Shown here: positions 36,588 through 43,730 of the stretch, in pieces | Numbering within the stretch: position 1 is the stretch's first letter | Layout: the number at the start of each line of letters is the position of its first letter | DNA from: Bacteriovorax stolpii | Lineage (GTDB): Bacteria > Bdellovibrionota > UBA2428 | DNA: 64,000 bases | Assembly (NCBI GenBank): GCA_945881775.1 | Contig: CAMCVE010000005.1 | Span: 54,281 to 118,280 of the forward strand | Direction of reading: 5' to 3' | Notes under the pieces: generated by a model | Told to the model about the DNA's origin: nothing | Database searches by the model: none | The model's input: only the letters and a program-made list of their open reading frames with translations | Program-made: the position numbers and the translations under genes

Positions 36588-37130
36588 CTATTTAGATGCA
36601 GGTTTTCGTTCGGCGATCTTGGTTTGTAGAAGCATCGCCTTGTTAGAATCCATTTTATCCATAATCGTAGCGACTTTCTTCGATTTCATCGCCATTAAAA
36701 CATCTACCGCCAACGCGTCGTCCATTACCGACAAAACTTCGGCGGCTTTTTTGGGATTCATCGTTTCAAAGGTCTTAATCATGCGCGCTTCAATATCTTG
36801 ACGACGAACAGAGAGTTCCTCTGAATTTTTTTTCTGCATGTCCGTCAAAATTCTAAGTTCTTCCACGCGTGACTTGATTCGATCTTCTTGGGTCTTGAGA
36901 CGGCTTTCCAGATCTGCAAGCCGCAGCTCTTTGTCTTGAAGGGCTTTTTCTTTCTCGTTCAGGCTTCGCGCCAAATCCTCGACGACACCCTTGTTGTTTG
37001 GAACAGCCGTTGCCTTGGCATCAGCAGCGTTCGCCGTTTCCGACTTTTCACCCAAAGCGCTGCGCACACCAACACCGAGAAGAAGGACCACGAAGGCGCC
37101 CGTTACGAAGTAGGTCCAGAATGATTTCAT
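36588..37130 (-). CDS. MgtE-N-domain flagellar protein (FlbB/MotE/YlxF-like). Start set at the ATG overlapping the fliJ stop (ATGA).
   Basis: TM helix after MKSFWTYFVTGAFVVLLLGVGV, coiled coil, C-terminal MgtE_N-like repeat (AAEVLSVMDDALAVDVLMAMKSKKVATIM). The ORF-track 5' extension to 37289 overlaps fliJ and is unlikely. Confidence 0.5.
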   Translation of the reverse strand: MKSFWTYFVTGAFVVLLLGVGVRSALGEKSETANAADAKATAVPNNKGVVEDLARSLNEKEKALQDKELRLADLESRLKTQEDRIKSRVEELRILTDMQKKNSEELSVRRQDIEARMIKTFETMNPKKAAEVLSVMDDALAVDVLMAMKSKKVATIMDKMDSNKAMLLQTKIAERKPASK

Positions 37131-37621
37131 TTGTTCACCCTCATCATGGGCGAGCGTCCCCAACGTTCGGCGACCCATGCGTCCATGCTTTGCTTTTCTT
37201 TGGTGAGGAGGTCTTTGTCGTATCTGGAGCGCTGGCGCTCTTCGAGCTTCTCGACAGCCTTCAACTCGCGGCTCAAATGGGTCACCCATTCCTGATGGCG
37301 TTCAAGTTCCTTGCGGGCAAGTTCCAGCTCTTCATTGATCGACTTTCTCAATATGAGTGCCGACTCATGTAAACGCGCTCCCATTATAAAGTCTGCCGCC
37401 GTAGAACCAATTTTGAGTGCGTCTCCGAGAGCCGCGTGAGCCTCAAGCTCACACGCTTTAAGACGATTCATAAGATCATTGTGGCGGCCGTTTACTTGAG
37501 CGAGATCACGCTTAGCAAGAAGCAGACGCTGCTCGCGATACTTCTTGAGAGACTCTAAAGAAAACTTGAATCGCTTAGCCACGGAAGATCTCCTCGAGAC
37601 GTGCCTGGGTCGAGATGTCAC
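37127..37621 (-). CDS. fliJ: Flagellar export chaperone FliJ. The start may be internal, because the ORF overlaps fliI by 47 nt.
   Basis: About 150-aa coiled-coil protein (FKFSLESLKKYREQRLLLAKRDLAQ...) immediately after fliI. Confidence 0.6.
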   Translation of the reverse strand: MTSRPRHVSRRSSVAKRFKFSLESLKKYREQRLLLAKRDLAQVNGRHNDLMNRLKACELEAHAALGDALKIGSTAADFIMGARLHESALILRKSINEELELARKELERHQEWVTHLSRELKAVEKLEERQRSRYDKDLLTKEKQSMDAWVAERWGRSPMMRVNK

Positions 37622-38918
37622 GCGGAGCTTCTCCGAGAGCCTGCTTCAGGAACTCCTGCACCTTGGGTTGCAGGTCGATCGCCGAATCCCAACGAGCATT
37701 GTTTCCTTTGCGATAGCCACCGATATTAATCAGATCCTCGGCATCCCGGTAGGTCGAAAGCACTTCTCGTACACGTCCATTGAGTTCTTGCTCGCGAGCG
37801 CTTGCTACCACCTGGGTAAGACGCGAAACGCTCGCAAGAACGTCGATTGCTGGATAGTGATTCCGATGCGCAAGTTCACGCGAGAGAACCACGTGACCGT
37901 CGACGATCGATCGGACGTTGTCGGCGATAGGATCGTCCATATCGTTGCCTTCGACGAGAACTGTATACAGGCCTGTGATCGACCCACCACCCCTCTTCGA
38001 GCCCGCACGTTCTAAAAGACGTGGCATATGACCAAACACAGATGGCGTGTATCCTTTGCTCGTAGGGGGTTCGCCCGATGCCAGGCCGATCTCGCGCAAA
38101 GCCATCGCAAAACGAGTGACTGAGTCCATCATGAGCAAACAATCCAGACCCTGATCTCGGAAGTATTCGGCAATAGCGGTCGCTAGGTAAGCTCCTCGGA
38201 CCTTAAGCACCGGGCTTTGATCGCTCGTAACTGCGATCACGATACTGTTTTTCAAACCCTCGGGTCCAAGATCATGCTCGATGAACTCCGTAACTTCGCG
38301 ACCACGCTCGCCAATCAAGGCGATCACGTTGACGTGAGCTTTTGATCGACGCGCAATCATACCCATGAGGACCGACTTTCCTACGCCTGAAGCGGCCATG
38401 ACTGCGAGGCGCTGTCCTTTGCCGAAAGGAATGCAGGCATCAAGCGCGCGAACACCCGTCGTAAGACGCTCACGAATTGGACTGCGCTGCTCCGGCGCAA
38501 GCGCCTGTCCACGGAGAGCGCGGATCTCAGACGGGGCATCCAGAGAGATGGGATTTTTCACGTCGATCCCGTGGGGAATGACGTTCCCCCGGCCGTCCAA
38601 AAGCTTCCCAAGTAAATGAGGTCCGACATTGATCCGCGGAGTCTCTCCCCTCTGTTCGATGCGGGCACCCATGGTGATCCCCGCTGTCTCGTCGAGTGGC
38701 ATCAGAATCGCAACTTTGTCGCGGAAACCCACAATTTCTGCATCGATGTCGGGACGATTTTTCTGAATAATGGCACAGACAGATCCGACAGAGGCCCCAG
38801 GAAGAGTGCCCTCAACAATCGGACCAAGCACTTGCTTGACCCGTCCCGACTCGCGGAAGAGGTTGAGGTAGTCGAGACCGCGGAGTCTCTTCTCAAAATC
38901 GAGACCAAAGCCTTCCAT
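37575..38918 (-). CDS. fliI: Flagellum-specific ATP synthase FliI
   Basis: 447 aa. Walker A MAASGVGKS, Walker B LLMMDSVTR, F1/T3SS ATPase fold. Confidence 0.9.
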   Translation of the reverse strand: MEGFGLDFEKRLRGLDYLNLFRESGRVKQVLGPIVEGTLPGASVGSVCAIIQKNRPDIDAEIVGFRDKVAILMPLDETAGITMGARIEQRGETPRINVGPHLLGKLLDGRGNVIPHGIDVKNPISLDAPSEIRALRGQALAPEQRSPIRERLTTGVRALDACIPFGKGQRLAVMAASGVGKSVLMGMIARRSKAHVNVIALIGERGREVTEFIEHDLGPEGLKNSIVIAVTSDQSPVLKVRGAYLATAIAEYFRDQGLDCLLMMDSVTRFAMALREIGLASGEPPTSKGYTPSVFGHMPRLLERAGSKRGGGSITGLYTVLVEGNDMDDPIADNVRSIVDGHVVLSRELAHRNHYPAIDVLASVSRLTQVVASAREQELNGRVREVLSTYRDAEDLINIGGYRKGNNARWDSAIDLQPKVQEFLKQALGEAPRDISTQARLEEIFRG

Positions 38919-39712
38919 CAGGTTCCCGTCTTCTCTGTCAGGTCAATATTGGGATAAATCTTAGCGAGTTCGAGGCGAAGGCTTGCGAGCTTCTCGTCGA
39001 CAAAGGATGCAATTTCGCCCGAAGAGGCCTCAACAATACAATCGCCTCGCTTGATATTTGAATCGAGATCCAGACTGATACGGCCCTTGTGCGAAATATT
39101 TTTAAACTCATCTTCGAGTTGACCCACGATATTGTGATCCTCGACAGAGAGTCGAATTCGAATGTCTTCTTCTTGACCAATTTTCTCGAGGATTGCACGA
39201 ATACTGTTGGCGACGAGTTCGGGCTTTTCCTTGATCTGATGGTCGACGACCACAGAGGCAATCCGAAAAGCGAGAGCAACCAAACGGGTTTCGTAGTCTT
39301 GGGCTAACTTAAGCTTAGCTTCTGAAATACTTCCTATGACGCTCGAGAGTCCTTCAACGAGCGCCGCCAGACGAGACCGTTCGGCCTCGAGCGCAAGTCG
39401 CTTTCCCTCGGCCTGACCCGTCGCAAAACCCTCTTTGTGAGACGTGGTGTGTATTTCTACCTGCAGTTTTTGGATTTCTTTTGCCAGTCGTTCCTCGAAG
39501 CGACGTTCCTCTTCGGCCTCAACGCTCAAATGACTGTGAACCATTTCTGACAAGAGGAACCTCGAGTCTCGAGGGCTCGCGGTTTCCGACTTGAAGGTCT
39601 TCTTGATGCTCTGATAGGTCGGACGATCCGTCTGACCGAGGACGGGCATTTCAAAGACCCGTACCACCGCTCCTGGGGGAAGAAGTTTGTTGGGCGAATC
39701 AGACGAAGCCAT
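38918..39712 (-). CDS. fliH: Flagellar assembly protein FliH
   Basis: 264 aa, charged coiled-coil N-terminus then FliH/ATPase-E-like C-terminus. Between fliG and fliI with start/stop overlaps on both sides. Confidence 0.6.
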   Translation of the reverse strand: MASSDSPNKLLPPGAVVRVFEMPVLGQTDRPTYQSIKKTFKSETASPRDSRFLLSEMVHSHLSVEAEEERRFEERLAKEIQKLQVEIHTTSHKEGFATGQAEGKRLALEAERSRLAALVEGLSSVIGSISEAKLKLAQDYETRLVALAFRIASVVVDHQIKEKPELVANSIRAILEKIGQEEDIRIRLSVEDHNIVGQLEDEFKNISHKGRISLDLDSNIKRGDCIVEASSGEIASFVDEKLASLRLELAKIYPNIDLTEKTGT

Positions 39713-40745
39713 CGCTTGAGCCTCCTCTGTCGATAAAGATCTTGCCTTCTTCCTCTAAGCGACGAGCAATCGAAACGATTGCTTGTTGAGCACCTTCGAC
39801 ATCGGAGACGCGAAGAGGCCCAAGAGTATCCAAATCGGCCCGGATCATCTCTGCACCACGTTTGGACATGTTGCGGAAGATTTTCTCTCGAATACCGTCG
39901 GGCGCTGTTTTGAGTGCCTTGAGGAGGGCATCGTTTGAAACTTCCTTGAGGATAATGCCCATGCCCTTGTCGTCGACCTTGACAAGGTCTTCGAACACGA
40001 ACATGAGTTTACGAATTTCTTCGGCGAGCAGAGGATCTTTCTCTTCCACGCGAGACATGATTGACTGCTCAGTGGCCTTATCCATGAGGTTGAACATTTC
40101 TGCAACGGGCTCGACACCACCGAGTTGGGTCATTTCCATCGTACCCATCGCGGCAAGTCCGTGCTTGAGGACCTCGTTTACTTGTTCGATAAGGTCGGGA
40201 GAAATGTAGTCTAGGTTGGCAATACGGAGCACGACTTCGCCTTGTACGGCATCCGGCAAACGACGAATCACGTCTGAGCGTTTTTCAACCGGCAAGTGTG
40301 CCATGATGAGGGCGATCGTTTGCGGGTGTTCGTTCATGAGATAGTTGGCGAGGGTGCGTGTGTCGACCATTTCTAGGGCGTCTAAGGTTTTCTGCTGACC
40401 CTGAATACCTCCAGCACCAAAAATGACTCGTGCACGATCTTCTCCAAGACTCGCTAAGAACTTCTGCCGTGCAGCTTCGCTCTCAAAGATCACTTCGTTT
40501 TCCTCGGACAGATATTTAAGGAACTCCGTCAGTGCTTTTTTGATTGTGGGAACAGGGGCCTTTTTGAATTTTCCCATCATCTGAAGGAGTCGACGAATGT
40601 CGTTGTCCTTCATATTTTTTAGGATGCTCGCTGCGGCTTCTTCTCCAATCGCATTCAAGATCAGGGCTCCGCGCTGGAGCCCGTTCATTCGCGCGAATGA
40701 TACTAACTCAGCACCTTTTGAATCTTTATCCTTGTCCTTTGCCAT
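39699..40745 (-). CDS. fliG: Flagellar motor switch protein FliG
   Basis: 348 aa. FliG N, middle and C-terminal domains with the charged torque helix. Confidence 0.9.
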   Translation of the reverse strand: MAKDKDKDSKGAELVSFARMNGLQRGALILNAIGEEAAASILKNMKDNDIRRLLQMMGKFKKAPVPTIKKALTEFLKYLSEENEVIFESEAARQKFLASLGEDRARVIFGAGGIQGQQKTLDALEMVDTRTLANYLMNEHPQTIALIMAHLPVEKRSDVIRRLPDAVQGEVVLRIANLDYISPDLIEQVNEVLKHGLAAMGTMEMTQLGGVEPVAEMFNLMDKATEQSIMSRVEEKDPLLAEEIRKLMFVFEDLVKVDDKGMGIILKEVSNDALLKALKTAPDGIREKIFRNMSKRGAEMIRADLDTLGPLRVSDVEGAQQAIVSIARRLEEEGKIFIDRGGSSDGFV

Positions 40746-40747
40746 CG

Positions 40748-42406
40748 TCAGTCTCGACTCTTCTTAGCGGGAGGCGCCTCGCTACTTGCGATCCACTCTG
40801 AGAGAATCTGAGCCGCCTTAGTGGGAGACATTTCGATAAGTGAAATGACCTTCTGCTTAAGGAGCTCTCCCTCGGCCTTCTCAACGTCGATTGTGTCCTC
40901 GATCATCGGGAGGTTGGCGAGGCCGGGCAGGGCCCCGCTGTCGCCTTGATGCATCTGTTCGAGTTCTTCAATTGTGCGAGGCAGAACCGTTTCAACTTTG
41001 CTGACCGAGATTCCAGTCACCCATCGGACGAAGGGACGCACGACCATCATAAAGAACAGAAGAACAAATAGAGCTACAGTTCCGTAGCGGATAAGCGAGT
41101 AGATAAGATGGCGACGCTCTTGTTGCTGAAGTGCCTTGTCGGCGCCTTCGAAATCCTCGAGCGCAAACTGTGAATTCTCGATAGTAACGCTGTCGCGGTT
41201 AGGAACATATCCAATCGTGTCTTTCACGAGACTTTCGACGACGCGCTTCGTATCATCCGTGAAGGCCGGCTTGCGAACAGCTTCCCCGTCGGCGGGAGCC
41301 GCTCCTTGAACCCCGTTGACCAATACCGCTACGGTAAGGCGCTTGATAGAACCGAGAGCCTTCTCTTTTTTTCGAACTTTTGTGGAAATCTCGAAAGACG
41401 ATCGGTCGTGGTTCTTAGAAATGGCCTGACGTGTCTCTGGTGTTGCGCTTGCGGGCCCAGGAAGAGCCCCTTGGGCTCCCGCTACGCCGCCACCTTCGGA
41501 GCGACTCGCATCGACCGAATCTTCAACCTTGTTCTGTTCACGCACGGCAACCTGTTCGGGATCGTAAAGCGTCTCCTCTTCTTGAAGAGGATCAAAGTCG
41601 AGATCCGCATTGACACGCGCGACCACATTGCCGCGACCTACAATTCGTTCGACGATGTCTTCGATCTTTTCTTCAAAGTCTCGCTCGATGCTCTTCTGGC
41701 GCTCGATCATGGTCTGCGAAAGCAGGGATCCCGCGTCTCCAGTGCGGCTGAGCGCGACGCCATTACTATTGACGACAGTTACGCGCTCGGGACGAAGTCC
41801 TTCGACTGAGAAGGCCACCAGATTCTGAATTCCTTGGATCTCAGGTTGTGTGAGAGTCTTACCCAGGTTGAGATCGATCACAACGCTGGCTTTTGGATCT
41901 TCAGACTTCTCGAAGAAACTCGACTTCGGAGGCATCGAAATGTGAACCGTACTTTTTTTCACACTGCGAATGGTGTTGATGGTGCGAGTGAGTTCACCCT
42001 GAATGGCGCGCACGTAATTGATGCGCTGAACGTAACTGGAAGTCCCAAAACTTTCCTTGTCGAAAAGCTCCATCCCGGGCTTTTGTCCGCCGGGAACACC
42101 TTTCATGGCGAGCTTCATAAGAGTGGGCTGAATAAATTCGGGCGGGATAGAGATTTCGGCTCCGTCTTTAGTGACCATGTACGGAATGTTCTCTTCCTGG
42201 AGAATTTTTAGGAGCTGAATCGACTGATCGGCTTGAAGATCTGTGTAGAGGGGCGCGTAGGATTTTTCACCCACCCACACGCCCATCGCAACAAGGCAGC
42301 CGATGATCAGAACCATGAGGCTTGAAAGAGCAACCTTTTTGGCAATGCCGAACTTGCCCCACTGTTCACTGATCTCGTTAAAGATCTTCACTAGCGATTC
42401 AAACAT
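40748..42406 (-). CDS. fliF: Flagellar MS-ring protein FliF
   Basis: 552 aa. Two TM helices flanking a large periplasmic YscJ/FliF domain. Confidence 0.85.
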   Translation of the reverse strand: MFESLVKIFNEISEQWGKFGIAKKVALSSLMVLIIGCLVAMGVWVGEKSYAPLYTDLQADQSIQLLKILQEENIPYMVTKDGAEISIPPEFIQPTLMKLAMKGVPGGQKPGMELFDKESFGTSSYVQRINYVRAIQGELTRTINTIRSVKKSTVHISMPPKSSFFEKSEDPKASVVIDLNLGKTLTQPEIQGIQNLVAFSVEGLRPERVTVVNSNGVALSRTGDAGSLLSQTMIERQKSIERDFEEKIEDIVERIVGRGNVVARVNADLDFDPLQEEETLYDPEQVAVREQNKVEDSVDASRSEGGGVAGAQGALPGPASATPETRQAISKNHDRSSFEISTKVRKKEKALGSIKRLTVAVLVNGVQGAAPADGEAVRKPAFTDDTKRVVESLVKDTIGYVPNRDSVTIENSQFALEDFEGADKALQQQERRHLIYSLIRYGTVALFVLLFFMMVVRPFVRWVTGISVSKVETVLPRTIEELEQMHQGDSGALPGLANLPMIEDTIDVEKAEGELLKQKVISLIEMSPTKAAQILSEWIASSEAPPAKKSRD

Positions 42407-42429
42407 CCCTTAGTTCCCCCGGTTTCCTG

Positions 42430-42786
42430 TTAAACAGGCATCTTCATGACTTCTTGGTAGGCATCGATCAGCTTGCCTCGGATTGCAGTGATCGTCCGCA
42501 AAGACAAGTCCGCCTTTTCCATAGCTATCAGTGTCTCATGCAGGCTCCCTTGGCCCGCAGCAAAATTTTTGGCACTTGTGTCAGCGCTTTTCTGAAGATC
42601 ATTCGTCGTCTCGATGGCGTTCTTCAGAGAGTCAAGAAACGAGCCCCCGCTCTGGCCGGCACCAGCGCGTTGGGCTTCGGAAGCCGATTTCATTTCTGCG
42701 TTCTTGGCTGCGGTCATCTCGCGCCCAAGCAACTGCCGCTCGAGCATCGAAGTCAGGCCGCCGCCTTTGATTCCCATTTCAGACAT
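42430..42786 (-). CDS. fliE: Flagellar hook-basal body protein FliE
   Basis: 118 aa. FliE C-terminal motif ...LHETLIAMEKADLSLRTITAIRGKLIDAYQEVMKM. Confidence 0.8.
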   Translation of the reverse strand: MSEMGIKGGGLTSMLERQLLGREMTAAKNAEMKSASEAQRAGAGQSGGSFLDSLKNAIETTNDLQKSADTSAKNFAAGQGSLHETLIAMEKADLSLRTITAIRGKLIDAYQEVMKMPV

Positions 42787-43229
42787 TATCTACCGATCTC
42801 CAGGGCTTTTAGGGCCATTTGCTTCGTGGTTTGGAAGACGTTGACATTGGTTTGAAACGCACGATCCGCCGAGATCATGTTCGCCATTTCTTCGACGGGG
42901 TTGATGTTCGGATAGTAGACGTAGCCTTCGGCGTTCGCGTCGGGATGATTAGGGTCGTAGACCGGGCGTCCGCCGCTCTCATCTTCAACGGTTTCAGCAA
43001 CTTTCACCTCAACATGGGTTCCATCGGTGTCTTTTTTGTCGAGGATCTCGCCGAACTCATTCTCATTGGCAACAGACTCAAGAACCACATCTTTGCGCTT
43101 GTAGGGTCCCGTGCCTCCAACACCGCGCGTGGTGTTGGCGTTGGCGACGTTGCTTGAGATGGCATTGAGCCTGGCCCTCTCGGCCGAAAGTGCCGAGCCC
43201 ACAACATCCATCGTTTTAAAAATGTCCAT
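42786..43229 (-). CDS. flgC: Flagellar basal-body rod protein FlgC
   Basis: 147 aa. N-terminal ALSAERARLNAISSNVANANTT, C-terminal VEEMANMISADRAFQTNVNVFQT. Confidence 0.9.
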   Translation of the reverse strand: MDIFKTMDVVGSALSAERARLNAISSNVANANTTRGVGGTGPYKRKDVVLESVANENEFGEILDKKDTDGTHVEVKVAETVEDESGGRPVYDPNHPDANAEGYVYYPNINPVEEMANMISADRAFQTNVNVFQTTKQMALKALEIGR

Positions 43230-43627
43230 TATCTAGATCCTCCCTCTTGGAGAACATAGCGGGCCATTGCGAACTTCTTGTTGATGAGCTGAATCGCAGT
43301 ATCGTAAGCGATCGTGTTTTTTGCCAGATCTGTCTGCTCACGTTCCATGTCAACAGTGTTTCCATTGCCCTTCATGCGCGCGTGGGGGTCCTCATAGATT
43401 GAGGATGTCACGTCCTCAACGGCGGCAGTCAGCGCGTGTTCCCTGGCTTGGAGCGTGCGTTCTTGTTCAGATTGAGTCACAGCCTCTTCGAGGGCTCGAT
43501 CGAACTCGATCTTACGCGCCTTGAATTGCGGAACGTTGGCGTTGGCAATATTTGAAGAGTGAACTTCGTGCGCCTTCATACGAAGGTCAAGAACACGTTC
43601 AAGCAGTGCGGTCGTCGAGTCCGTCAT
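43229..43627 (-). CDS. flgB: Flagellar basal-body rod protein FlgB
   Basis: 132 aa. N-terminal RMKAHEVHSSNIANANVPQFKAR. First gene of the cluster. Confidence 0.85.
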   Translation of the reverse strand: MTDSTTALLERVLDLRMKAHEVHSSNIANANVPQFKARKIEFDRALEEAVTQSEQERTLQAREHALTAAVEDVTSSIYEDPHARMKGNGNTVDMEREQTDLAKNTIAYDTAIQLINKKFAMARYVLQEGGSR

Positions 43628-43652
43628 GGTTCTTGCCCCCCACCCCTGGGTT

Positions 43653-43668
43653 AGCAGAAACTATGCCA
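43653..43668 (-). promoter_or_regulatory. Candidate sigma54 (-24/-12) promoter for the flgB operon: TGGCATAGTTTCTGCT
   Basis: GG-N10-GC with 13/16 matches to TGGCACG-N4-TTGCW. 25 nt upstream of the flgB ATG, followed by a GGGGGG ribosome-binding site. Confidence 0.4.
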
Positions 43669-43730
43669 TGAATAGCGGGATAGAATATTGTCGCAATCGG
43701 CAGGAAGCCGTCGCACGGAGACGTTTTAGA

